DNA of 24,000 nucleotides from Candidatus Heimdallarchaeota archaeon (GTDB lineage Archaea; Asgardarchaeota; Heimdallarchaeia; Heimdallarchaeales; Heimdallarchaeaceae): NCBI GenBank assembly GCA_023705945.1, contig BPTM01000182.1, positions 1 to 24,000 of the forward strand, read 5' to 3'. Shown piece by piece: positions 15,186 to 24,000 of this stretch (position 1 is its first letter; each line of letters starts with the position of its first letter). The notes under the pieces were generated by a model. It saw only the letters and a program-made list of their open reading frames with translations, ran no database searches and was not told where the DNA came from. The position numbers and the translations under genes were made by a program.

Positions 15186-15261
15186 TGGAGCCTCGAAGGG
15201 GGATTGAACCCCTGACCTTTACCTTACCAAGGTAACGCTCTACCAACTGAGCTATCGAGGC
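15186..15261 (-). tRNA. tRNA-Thr(GGU): tRNA-Thr (anticodon GGU) with genomically encoded CCA
   Basis: Folded by hand from the minus strand: GCCTCGA TA GCTC AGTTGGTA GAGC G TTACC TTGGTAA GGTAA AGGTC AGGGG TTCAATC CCCCT TCGAGGC T CCA. All four stems are Watson-Crick. The T-loop is TTCAATC. Confidence 0.9.
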
Positions 15262-15284
15262 CTGTTAATAGAGTGCGACGACTG

Positions 15285-15297
15285 AAATTTTTAAAAG
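15285..15297 (-). promoter_or_regulatory. TATA-like box for tRNA-Thr
   Basis: AAATTTTTAAAAG lies 24-36 nt upstream of the tRNA 5' end (15261) on the minus strand. Confidence 0.4.
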
Positions 15298-15403
15298 TTG
15301 TGTTTTATGTAGAAGCTTCATATTCACGATAAAATCCACAAAGGGCGAAAAGTCTAAATATACTATCTTTAAATTCCTAACAAATTAACTGATTCGATAT
15401 ATT

Positions 15404-16468
15404 ATGAAAAAGCGTTCATTTGTATTACTGTTTATCTATCTTTTCGCAATGACAAATCTATTTTCGTCTATGCCTATCAATGCTGATATTACTATTGAAT
15501 ATGTTATACTGTATGATGAATATCATGGACAATTCTTTGATCGAGAATTTATGAGCACCGCTCTTAGCTCACTTAATGAATTAGTAATATACAACAATGA
15601 AACCGAAGAAAGAGTTGAAATCAAAATAAAGTTGATATATAATAATGAAACAGAGTTCAACTCTACCAATCTTCAAGGTGTAGATTTACTTATAATGACG
15701 AATCCTGGATTAGAAGAGGAAGACAATTTATCACCTTCTGAAAGATTAGCTATTCTCGATTTCATGGAACTTGGAGGTTCTCTTTTTGCTTTATGCAATC
15801 CTTTATCCTATAATGAAAATGTAACAGGAAACCCTGTAGCAATTAATGCTTTACTTAATGAGAGAGATTCAGCATTAACCACTGCTCGAATACGAACAAG
15901 TGCTATTGCTAATTCTACTGTATTAATAGATGATTTCTTCCACGTTTATGAAAATAACACCTTCCTCTCACTAACAAACTATGAAAATGAGCATACAATC
16001 TTTGAGCAAGAAGTCGAAATCTCAAATTTAACAGTCTACTCTGCTTCAATTGAATTGGGAAATGAACTTCTAGAGGAAGCAATAGGTAGAACTCTCGAAA
16101 CAACTTACTCTGTAGATGAATCTTATCACATATTCAGAGATCCAGCAACAGGTTTTCTAACTTGGTTATTAGCCCAAACTGTGGCCAACTCAAGATTTGT
16201 CATATCTGGTTCAACAATTATGTTTAGTGATTTTGAAATTGCTGAAGATGAAAAATGGATAGATCAGGAACAAAACTTGGACTTATGGAAGAATACAATT
16301 TTATGGCTTCTAAAATACACTCCTCATCCTGAATTACCTGCTTTGCCATTGCTACCCTTCTGGAGCTACGCTTTAATTGTGGTTGGTGTTTCAGTGATAA
16401 TTTTTGGGCTTTCGGTTTTATTGTACAAATACCGCATTAACAAGAAAACTGAATTTAAGGTGAAGTAA
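15404..16468 (+). CDS. Secreted, C-terminally anchored protein with a DUF4350/GldG-like (class-I-amidotransferase-like fold) domain
   Basis: Signal-peptide-like MKKRSFVLLFIYLFAMTNLFSS. VILYDEYHGQFFD and VDLLIMTNPG...LSPSERLAILDFMELGGSLFAL fit the DUF4350/GldG pattern as I recall it. C-terminal TM YALIVVGVSVIIFGLSVLLY plus a basic tail. At least 8 N-x-S/T sequons. Confidence 0.5.
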   Translation: MKKRSFVLLFIYLFAMTNLFSSMPINADITIEYVILYDEYHGQFFDREFMSTALSSLNELVIYNNETEERVEIKIKLIYNNETEFNSTNLQGVDLLIMTNPGLEEEDNLSPSERLAILDFMELGGSLFALCNPLSYNENVTGNPVAINALLNERDSALTTARIRTSAIANSTVLIDDFFHVYENNTFLSLTNYENEHTIFEQEVEISNLTVYSASIELGNELLEEAIGRTLETTYSVDESYHIFRDPATGFLTWLLAQTVANSRFVISGSTIMFSDFEIAEDEKWIDQEQNLDLWKNTILWLLKYTPHPELPALPLLPFWSYALIVVGVSVIIFGLSVLLYKYRINKKTEFKVK

Positions 16469-16525
16469 GCGATATCGTCTTAACAATAAAAAGTGGAGTA
16501 TAAATATTCAATTTTACTTAGTTTA

Positions 16526-17815
16526 ATGATGGAAAATAAAAAAACTGACATACACAATGCTAAAGAATCAAAACTAATTTCCTCTTTACTGGATGGATCT
16601 ATTGAAGTTAGAGATTTCCGTTTATTAATTGGCTATTTCTCTAAAACGAAAGTTACTAATCTCTTCCGTGATAGTTTTCCCAAATTTTCTTCCGGAGTAA
16701 AATCAAAGATTACAGATGTCTTTACTAGATGTTTTTTTAGCAATACTAAGGTTGATGCTAATGAATTCTGGCGATTTGTAGATTTCAGGAATTTTTGGGC
16801 TGAATTGAGGAAGTTTCATAATATCATCTACTCACGAAACATGACTTTGAGTGAGGTTATCAAGTTTTTCGAGCAAACGCTCTTTCAAACTAAATCTCGT
16901 TTGGACCTCAATTTTCTACAAAAAAAGATAATAGAGAAACTTGGAAAAAACCCCTCTTCCCTTTATAAACAACTAGCTGAAGATTTGGGTATCTCCGAGA
17001 AAAAAGTTAGTGTAACATTAAAGCATTTGAATGCTCGTGGTGTTTATCTTGGTAGCTTAATTTCATACAAGTCACTTAATTTACATGAATTTTTCTCTTT
17101 TAATCGTTCTGATAATCTTGGAGAAAATGCTGTACTTATTGATAGATTCTTGCTCTTTCCGGATTTGAATATCACTCATGGGATAATGTCGCGAAAGAAA
17201 CATGGTCCTTCTTTTTACTATGTTAGAGAAAAGAAAATGTACTTCAATCCAGACATTTTAAACAAAGGGATATCAATTCAAGATTGGAAAGATGATTCTC
17301 TTACCAAACAAAAGTATTTCTCTGATTCTTCTACAAGCGCTGAACTGAAAATTGTTTCCTCAGAAAAACACCCCTATATCCCTCATCTATTACGTAATTG
17401 TGAACTTGATTTCAAACGCCCTGACATCAAAACCATTGCAGAATCACATGACGTTTCTGCTAGAACATTGTTTAGAGTAAAATCCAAATTTGTGGAAGAT
17501 AAAATAATTCAACCTTGCATGGTTGTAGAAAATCCTGATTTACTTCAAGTGGTAATAATTTCTAAATCTGAATTAGTAGAACTATACACAAGAGTTCCTT
17601 TTATTCGTGTTTATCAGATTCATGATGATTTCGGAGACATTAGTTGGTTTTCATATTTATCGATTTTTATGTCTGATTTCAAATACATTTATTCACGTTT
17701 ACGTCACCATGCTGAGGTTTTTCAAGTGATTGACAGGCAAATAAAGGATTTAGACATAAATCTTGATTTACCCACACTTTCGCATGCCAATCGTAAAACT
17801 TATACAAACAAATAG
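16526..17815 (+). CDS. Putative transcriptional regulator with two AsnC/Lrp-type winged-HTH segments
   Basis: LQKKIIEKLGKNPSSLYKQLAEDLGISEKKVSVTLKHLNARGVY and DIKTIAESHDVSARTLFRVKSKFVEDKII. The track start at 16493 is GTG, so ATG 16526 (MMENKK) is preferred. Confidence 0.45.
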   Translation: MMENKKTDIHNAKESKLISSLLDGSIEVRDFRLLIGYFSKTKVTNLFRDSFPKFSSGVKSKITDVFTRCFFSNTKVDANEFWRFVDFRNFWAELRKFHNIIYSRNMTLSEVIKFFEQTLFQTKSRLDLNFLQKKIIEKLGKNPSSLYKQLAEDLGISEKKVSVTLKHLNARGVYLGSLISYKSLNLHEFFSFNRSDNLGENAVLIDRFLLFPDLNITHGIMSRKKHGPSFYYVREKKMYFNPDILNKGISIQDWKDDSLTKQKYFSDSSTSAELKIVSSEKHPYIPHLLRNCELDFKRPDIKTIAESHDVSARTLFRVKSKFVEDKIIQPCMVVENPDLLQVVIISKSELVELYTRVPFIRVYQIHDDFGDISWFSYLSIFMSDFKYIYSRLRHHAEVFQVIDRQIKDLDINLDLPTLSHANRKTYTNK

Positions 17816-17828
17816 TTGTTGTCATCAT

Positions 17829-19967
17829 ATGTCGAATCAACGCTCATTAAAGGATATTGTAAATATAATATCATCAGAAGCTGGATTAGGAAAAGAAGAA
17901 ATCAATCAGTTAATCAACAATAAAATGGATGAATTGGGCGAGTTTGTTACTGCTTTGGGAGCTGCTCACATTGTTGCAAGGGAAATGGGCGTTGATCTCT
18001 CTTCTGAACCCAAGGTTACAGTTCCCCCCATGATAAATGTAGATCAACTTGTACCAGAAATAACCAACGTTAATTTACTTGGAAGAATAACAAGAATTTA
18101 TGATCAATTTGTATTTAAGAAGAAAGATGGTTCGGATGGAGTGCTTCAATCCATAATCTTGGAAGATAAAACTGGTACTATCCGTGTTGTATTCTGGGAC
18201 CAGAAAGCTGGTGAATTTCAGAAAGGAAATTGCAGTTTGGGTGATCCAATACGCATAATAGGAGCATATACTCGAAAAGTAAAGGATGGTTCAACAGAAG
18301 TACATCTAGGTATCAGAAGTAATCTTCAGATTAGGCCTTCAGGAATTAAAAATGAAGATTTACCTGAGTCTAAGGATTCTTTCTTTAAGATTAATGAAAT
18401 AAAGGGAAGTGAAGTAGATGTTTCAATTAAAGGACAAATTACACAGGTTGATGATATCCTCGAATTTGAGCGTAAAGATGGTTCTAAAGGAACAAAGCGG
18501 GGCTTGATAATCGGAGATGAAACTGGAGAAGTTCTTGTGAATTTCTGGAATGAAAAATCTTCTCAAGTAAAGGATTTGGAATTAGGGGATATCGTTAGTG
18601 TTATTGGTTTGTCATCAAAAATAGGTTTGAAAGGTTTAATTGAACTTCATTCAAACAGGTTTACAAATTTCACAAAAGAAGAAACAAAAGCTGATTTTAT
18701 CGTGAAGAAAGGCCTTGTAGGAACAATTTCTAAGGAAAGTCTTAAAGTTTCGAAACTTAATGAAATCTCCAAAATCAATCAACTCATCTCAGTTAAAGGT
18801 TTAATAATCAAAGTATATCCAATTCATGAATTTTCGCGTCAAACTGGAAGCAAAGAAAAAGCACAAAATAAAGGAAAAGTACAAAACATAATAATTTCAG
18901 ATGATTCTTGTTTAATGAGAATTGTTCTGTGGGACGACAAAACAGCATTGATTGATTCTAAAGACACTGACAAAATATTAAGTATCATCAATGGAAACAC
19001 TCGAAAGGGAAGGATTACAGACATCGAAATTCATTGTGGAAACCAAACACAAGTTGATCTTGAAGAAGTTGAGATTGATGTTGTTAAACAATATCAAGTA
19101 AAATTCACTAACCTTAATGACATTACTCCAACTGAAATAAGTGTAAATGTAAGGGGTGTTATAACAGAATTTAACCCTGTGCAAGAAATTACAACAAAAG
19201 AGAACGAAACTATCAAATTACAAAGATTTAAGATTAATGATCAAACTGCGGAAATCAAAATTACTTGCTGGAGAGATAATGTGCAAAAATTAGCAAATCT
19301 GGGGGGTGGAGAGAGAATTGAAATATACCAAGCAAAGGTAAAGGAAGATTCAGGATATGGACACGAACTCATCATTACAGGAAATTCTTTTTTAAAAAAA
19401 GCTATTCACAATGACATGACACCACAGGGTTTCGTACCTAGTTCAACAATATCAAACCTTGGATCCCAAATTCATATGATTAATGATATTGAAGATATTA
19501 AAGAAGATGAAATTGTTACAATTCAAGGTACGGTTGTGAAACTTAATGAAACACAGTTTGTTTATTCCTCATGCCCAGAATGTAAAAAGAAAGTTAATAA
19601 ACAAGACAAACTTTACGTTTGTAAAGAGCATGGTGCGGTTGAGAAACCTATAAACCGAATTCTATTTTCATTTATTGTGAATGATGGAACAGGAAATGTC
19701 AACATTCTATGTGCAGGCAAATTAGCAGAAATGATAATCGGCATGTCAGCAGATGCTGTTTCGAGGATGGTAGATGAGCAAGAATCAGAGAAGGCCCCTT
19801 ACTCTATTTTGAGAAATAAAGGATTTGAGAACTCGGAATTAATAATTAGTGGTAAAGTCAACAAAAATCAGTATATCAACAGCCTAGAAATCATAGCCAG
19901 ATCTATTGAGGAAGTAAGATATAAAGAAGCCGCTAAAAATATGGTCAAACAGCTATTCACCGAATAA
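17829..19967 (+). CDS. rpa: Replication protein A (ssDNA-binding), five tandem OB folds, the last with a zinc ribbon
   Basis: The N-terminal helical module ...LGEFVTALGAAHIVAREMGVDL is typical of archaeal RPA. Five repeats follow of the pattern [VI]x[LVI]xG.I....... then dGtG.I...(F/L/C)W. The final OB fold contains CPECKKKV...CKEHG. The track start at 17763 is TTG and overlaps the upstream gene, so ATG 17829 is preferred. Confidence 0.8.
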   Translation: MSNQRSLKDIVNIISSEAGLGKEEINQLINNKMDELGEFVTALGAAHIVAREMGVDLSSEPKVTVPPMINVDQLVPEITNVNLLGRITRIYDQFVFKKKDGSDGVLQSIILEDKTGTIRVVFWDQKAGEFQKGNCSLGDPIRIIGAYTRKVKDGSTEVHLGIRSNLQIRPSGIKNEDLPESKDSFFKINEIKGSEVDVSIKGQITQVDDILEFERKDGSKGTKRGLIIGDETGEVLVNFWNEKSSQVKDLELGDIVSVIGLSSKIGLKGLIELHSNRFTNFTKEETKADFIVKKGLVGTISKESLKVSKLNEISKINQLISVKGLIIKVYPIHEFSRQTGSKEKAQNKGKVQNIIISDDSCLMRIVLWDDKTALIDSKDTDKILSIINGNTRKGRITDIEIHCGNQTQVDLEEVEIDVVKQYQVKFTNLNDITPTEISVNVRGVITEFNPVQEITTKENETIKLQRFKINDQTAEIKITCWRDNVQKLANLGGGERIEIYQAKVKEDSGYGHELIITGNSFLKKAIHNDMTPQGFVPSSTISNLGSQIHMINDIEDIKEDEIVTIQGTVVKLNETQFVYSSCPECKKKVNKQDKLYVCKEHGAVEKPINRILFSFIVNDGTGNVNILCAGKLAEMIIGMSADAVSRMVDEQESEKAPYSILRNKGFENSELIISGKVNKNQYINSLEIIARSIEEVRYKEAAKNMVKQLFTE

Positions 19968-20076
19968 TACCTTTTTATCCTCCTTCTATAAATATTTTGA
20001 GTATTTATTCATTTTAATATTTGGCTTAATGTAGAAAAGCTTATTAATAGTTACATGACTGCTTCAACGGGTTGCG

Positions 20077-20187
20077 ATGGATTTCACTGTATTACTAACC
20101 GTGTCTATCATTTTAATTATTATAGGAATTGTATTTGCATTATTTTATCATGCCTTTAGTATTGGAAAAGAAGAAGAAACGGAATGA
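20077..20187 (+). CDS. Possible 36-aa single-TM peptide MDFTVLLTVSIILIIIGIVFALFYHAFSIGKEEETE
   Basis: Hand-translated small ORF in the 225-nt gap after rpa. It has a clean hydrophobic helix followed by an acidic tail. There is no other support. Confidence 0.25.
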   Translation: MDFTVLLTVSIILIIIGIVFALFYHAFSIGKEEETE

Positions 20188-20192
20188 TTTCT

Positions 20193-23096
20193 TTATATTT
20201 CTAATATCATACCCTTTTTCTTATTGTAAACTTTCACTATTGTTGCTATTGCACCCAATAATACACTAGAACTTGAAACAACTGGTATTACTATGTTTGT
20301 AATTGTGTTTGTATTTGTTTGTTTAACCCCAACTAAATCTAGTACCAAATAACTTCCTTTTGCTATATCAACATTAGATAATAAAATATAAAGATCATTT
20401 ATTTGCAGTCCATACAATTCTGTTACATCTTCTTCTCTGCTTGAGAAAATCTGCCATGTATACTTAGAAGTAACATAACTCTCATTTAAATAATAAACAA
20501 GAGAGATGTTTGTATAACTTTTAGTTCTTGCATCTATAATGAAATGTATTCTTATTTCACCATTTTCTTCTTCAATACTAGTTGAAACCTCTGGACCTGT
20601 GGTCTCCACAATTAATCTGTGGTCTTCGTTGCTTTTTTCAGTTTCAGTTTCCCAATAAATCACGTTATCATCCCAATAGACTGGGATTCGTAAGGTATCT
20701 GCTTCTATATAGGCATTTATGATTGGAGTCATCTCCTCTTCAATAATAACAAACCATCTGTCATGATTTTCTGGATATTGTATAGTGTACCTCAAAGTTA
20801 TATTATCAGAATTGGCTCTTACTTCTCCTTCTTGGGTTATATCTGCTTGCAAATCGCTAAATTGTATTTTGTAAGTTTCAGTGAAAATTGGGTTATATTT
20901 GTTAATAACTGAACAATTTACATTGATTTCCTTTTGGTTAAGTGGTAATTGTATTTCAAAGGAATATCCACCTAAACTGTCCGTTATTCCTGTTATAGTA
21001 CCAATTGTTTCTACTTCTATCCTAACTGGTGCATTGCCAACTGGGAGGTTATTTGCAGTAACACAAAAATCAAATTGGTAGTATAATAGCGAATCCATTT
21101 TTGTATACACAAATGAAGCTGCTAAAGTACTTTCCATAACATTGATTTCTATTGATTCTATTATTGTGGCATGAGTTTGAGAAGCAGCAAATATGTCTAG
21201 CTTGACTTCCCCTAATTCAAGATAAAACGCTGATAAATAAAGCTTAAACGAATTTCCATTGTCTTCTACTGGAATTTCTTCATTGTCTAAATATACAATA
21301 AGAGACGATCCCTCTATAGATTGTCCGCTATCCAGATCTAGATAACTGATATATACTATTTGAAGCGCGAATTGTGGTATTTCAATTTGATCTAAGACTA
21401 TTAGTTTGGATGGTAATCTGATTAAATTGATTGTTGTGCTTGTAAATCCTATATTGTCTACATCTATTACAATAAATGTTACATCATATGTACCACTATG
21501 CACCCACGAAGGAAAATTTAGATTCATTGTTTCATTTGTGATATAACCTCTCATAGAACCATTTTCAATTCCTGACCAAAATGCGAAAACTAATATTTCA
21601 TCTATTGGCTGGCTGAATTCAACTGTCGCATTTAGTATCTCAAATATTGTTAGTTCAGAAAACATTGTTTTATTTATGAAATTCTGAATGGTAAATTGAC
21701 AAGTGAGATTAGTGGTGGAACCAATCTTTAGCAAAGTTAAGACGGCTTGATCTTCGTTTATATTTTCGACATTTTGAATCTGAAAATTATCTATGTTCAC
21801 ATTTGGAACCCAATATTCAGGATAAGTGATGTTGATTTGGCTAATTTCTGAACTTATTTGATCTGTAGTTATCGTATATGAAATTGTGGTATCACTTTCA
21901 GTCTGTGTGTTTTTACTGAATGGTATTTTAATTACCCCAGTTATGTTTAGAATGTATTCGGATTTCATTTCGAAACTTGAATTATGATTCCATTTCAAAT
22001 CAATCTCATTATTTAGATTTGTCTCATCTACATGTGCGTCAATGTCCACAGTTCCTGAATTCATGCTAGTTGAACTGACAGAAAAATCGTTTACTTTAAG
22101 ATCTATATCTTCTGGCGATACAGATGAAGTTACTCTAAAATCATCAATAAGGAGAGAACATTCTGAATATTCAGGCGAAATGACATAAATGCCTATGGAT
22201 TTAAGAATCGTGGGGATATAGGGATCTCCCTGATCAAAAAGATCTGATATCTCAAGGGAATAGAAGTTCCATTGATCATCCCAACTACTGTTTTCTAAAA
22301 GTCGATAAACCACAAATGGTATGGTTGTATTCTCTCCAATTTCAGGTGGGTCAATATCTGTATGGTGCCAATGTATTACCATGATTCTGCAAGTATCAAA
22401 AACAATATCAAAAATCAGAGAAGAATTTATGACATTTTGTAAAGATGAATTAGATTCTAATAGATAGTTGTAACTAATGCGCGTATCTGTTTGGTACAAT
22501 TCGATGCTTTCTTGATATAACGAATAGGTCATTGTCTCTGTATTACTTGAATAAAATTTCCAAACGTTATCTCCTTCTATGCTCCTTGGATCCAAAGCTC
22601 TTTCTATACTCAGACCTGCTTGTATGACATTCTCTGAATAGAATGATTCTTGTACTTCAGCCCCAGGATTCTGTATATACTGTGCTTTCATATTTACAAT
22701 TTCTCCCTCAAGATTATATATTCCTTGACCTGGAACTGCAATAATTGAATCCCCATCTTCAATTTTGCCTACAATTTGTTGCCCTGTGTATTTTGCTTCA
22801 AGACTCACATTTGGGTTAAAACTAGCAAGGGTCTCGGTAAATGAGATATTATTTTCCTCCCAGACATCCTCTGAGCTACTAAAACCTTGTTCAACATTAG
22901 AGACTGTATCTTTTCTATAACTATTTCCATGAACAGAATCTTCTATACTACCATTTACTGTAATTTCTTCCACTTTATCATTGTTTTGACAATTATCGTA
23001 ATCACTTATTCCATCATCCATTAATAAGGAACCTTGACTAATCGTAGATAAACTAACAAAGACCAGTATAACAAATAGCAATTTTCTGTATTTCAT
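20193..23096 (-). CDS. Large secreted surface protein (signal peptide + C-terminal TM anchor), sequon-rich, no recognised domain
   Basis: MKYRKLLFVILVFVSLSTISQGS signal-like N-terminus. C-terminal VVSSSSVLLGAIATIV plus KVYNKKKG. About 20 N-x-S/T sequons counted by eye. The composition looks beta-rich. Confidence 0.6.
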   Translation of the reverse strand: MKYRKLLFVILVFVSLSTISQGSLLMDDGISDYDNCQNNDKVEEITVNGSIEDSVHGNSYRKDTVSNVEQGFSSSEDVWEENNISFTETLASFNPNVSLEAKYTGQQIVGKIEDGDSIIAVPGQGIYNLEGEIVNMKAQYIQNPGAEVQESFYSENVIQAGLSIERALDPRSIEGDNVWKFYSSNTETMTYSLYQESIELYQTDTRISYNYLLESNSSLQNVINSSLIFDIVFDTCRIMVIHWHHTDIDPPEIGENTTIPFVVYRLLENSSWDDQWNFYSLEISDLFDQGDPYIPTILKSIGIYVISPEYSECSLLIDDFRVTSSVSPEDIDLKVNDFSVSSTSMNSGTVDIDAHVDETNLNNEIDLKWNHNSSFEMKSEYILNITGVIKIPFSKNTQTESDTTISYTITTDQISSEISQINITYPEYWVPNVNIDNFQIQNVENINEDQAVLTLLKIGSTTNLTCQFTIQNFINKTMFSELTIFEILNATVEFSQPIDEILVFAFWSGIENGSMRGYITNETMNLNFPSWVHSGTYDVTFIVIDVDNIGFTSTTINLIRLPSKLIVLDQIEIPQFALQIVYISYLDLDSGQSIEGSSLIVYLDNEEIPVEDNGNSFKLYLSAFYLELGEVKLDIFAASQTHATIIESIEINVMESTLAASFVYTKMDSLLYYQFDFCVTANNLPVGNAPVRIEVETIGTITGITDSLGGYSFEIQLPLNQKEINVNCSVINKYNPIFTETYKIQFSDLQADITQEGEVRANSDNITLRYTIQYPENHDRWFVIIEEEMTPIINAYIEADTLRIPVYWDDNVIYWETETEKSNEDHRLIVETTGPEVSTSIEEENGEIRIHFIIDARTKSYTNISLVYYLNESYVTSKYTWQIFSSREEDVTELYGLQINDLYILLSNVDIAKGSYLVLDLVGVKQTNTNTITNIVIPVVSSSSVLLGAIATIVKVYNKKKGMILEI

Positions 23097-23382
23097 CTTA
23101 TATGTTTATCTTAACAATATATTAAAAACCGCACATTTTTTACACTCTCTCCCTTGCTTTTAGAACTTGCCCTCGCTTATTGAATATCCTTCTGTTATGG
23201 ATGTTTATCTGTTTATTATATTTTAGTATGCTTGAATACTTTCGGTTAACTGTCTCTTTTTGTTGAAATTATCAGTTATAGTTGAGCTCTTAATATATTG
23301 AATTTAATGTGACAGTTGCTCAAACTTTATTTCAATCTTAAAAATTTTGAATAGTTTTATCTATATTGTTATTCTGAGTCAG

Positions 23383-24000
23383 ATGGAAGCTTATATGTGT
23401 GATGAGTGTAAGTCAAGAATAGTTAAAGAAAATGGGTTATACGTGTGCCAGAACTGTGGTTTGGTTCACGATTCGGTCCTAGATGCATCTTCTTTTCAAT
23501 TAGGGTCCATATCCAAAAGTAATCAACACAAGAGCCAACAGTATACTGCTATAAACAACAGATTAGCCGTTGTGAGTTCACTAGGTTCCTCTATTGGAAC
23601 TGTAGAAGAATACATGTTTAGAGACGCTAATGGATCACTATTGGATCAAAACACTCAATCTAAATTTAGAAAATTCAAAAATTATTATCATATCCCAGGC
23701 GCGATTAAAGGGAAGGAAACCGACTACAGGACAATAAAAATAATGAATGAAGTATTCGCGAGACTTCATGTTTCTGAAAAAATACGAAATCGTTCTTTGT
23801 TTCTATATCACAAATACAAGGAGGAACATAAAGGTAAAATAACAAATCATGTCCTATTATCTGCTTTGTCTTTTCTCCTTAGTGTCCGTGAATTTAAACA
23901 TAACTGTCCTTTAACTCTCAAAGAGATAGTTGGAACATACAGAGAATTGGGTCACCGAGTTTTAGGTAAAAATTTACTTAGTTTGATGCAAGATTTAAAC
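23383..24000 (+). CDS. tfb: TFIIB-family transcription factor (TFB paralogue), 3'-truncated by the window edge
   Basis: Not in the ORF track because no stop is reached. Hand translation from ATG 23383 is open to base 24000. It shows an N-terminal zinc ribbon, CDECKSRIVKENGLYVCQNCGLV. SSLGSSIG and KFRKFKNYY segments follow. A cyclin-fold-like region comes next (RTIKIMNEVFARLHVSEKIRNRSLFLYHKY...HVLLSALSFLLSVRE). Confidence 0.7.
   Translation, partial: MEAYMCDECKSRIVKENGLYVCQNCGLVHDSVLDASSFQLGSISKSNQHKSQQYTAINNRLAVVSSLGSSIGTVEEYMFRDANGSLLDQNTQSKFRKFKNYYHIPGAIKGKETDYRTIKIMNEVFARLHVSEKIRNRSLFLYHKYKEEHKGKITNHVLLSALSFLLSVREFKHNCPLTLKEIVGTYRELGHRVLGKNLLSLMQDLN

Noticed and set aside
15103-15246. N-terminal 48-codon extension of the nadE ORF in the track
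   Set aside because: It reads straight through the tRNA-Thr gene (15186-15261). The translated segment (MVERYLGKVKVRGSIPLRGS...) is the tRNA read as protein. The family-typical N-terminus begins at ATG 15102.
2960-15261. Integrated conjugative or mobile element, suggested by a HerA/FtsK-like ATPase and a tRNA gene
   Set aside because: No integrase, transposase, relaxase or pilin-like gene is visible. I did not spot any direct repeat of the tRNA 3' end. Composition looks uniform, and the interval contains core genes (the stalk operon and nadE).
20055-20159. Alternative Cys-rich 34-codon ORF (MTASTGCDGFHC...) overlapping the small TM ORF in another frame
   Set aside because: It has no recognisable pattern. 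The overlapping frame, with a clean TM helix, is the more plausible of two weak candidates.

Overview
Visibly AT-rich archaeal chromosomal segment. Core archaeal genes are present: the uL1-uL10(P0)-P1 stalk operon, a five-OB-fold RPA with a zinc ribbon, NAD synthetase, tRNA-Thr(GGU), RadB-like and KaiC-like RecA-fold ATPases, and a TFB paralogue. Eukaryote-like genes sit among them: a Ras/Rab-type small GTPase, a Roadblock/LC7 protein, an OSTC/Ost3-family membrane protein and a possible UFL1-like tandem winged-helix protein. This mix suggests an Asgard (Loki-like) archaeon, which is inference only. The most unusual feature is absent from the ORF track. The 'intergenic' gap at 2271-2800 holds three diverged tandem copies of a unit made of a TATA-like box, a 22-codon minus-strand ORF and a T-rich tail. 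Each ORF encodes an acidic peptide with the core YDP[DE][DE]GD[DE]xILPPxW. This array lies between a 527-aa TPR-like protein and a divergently transcribed membrane-anchored HerA/FtsK-superfamily ATPase. A fourth copy of the motif lies 10 kb away in a 68-codon ORF that overlaps the stop of the RadB-like gene by ATGA. A second notable locus is a tight five-gene minus-strand operon: KaiC-like ATPase, Roadblock/LC7, FIST-domain protein, Ras-like GTPase and a small CxxC...HxxxH protein. Several ORF-track starts (TTG/GTG or run-through) were trimmed. One of these extensions runs across the tRNA gene.
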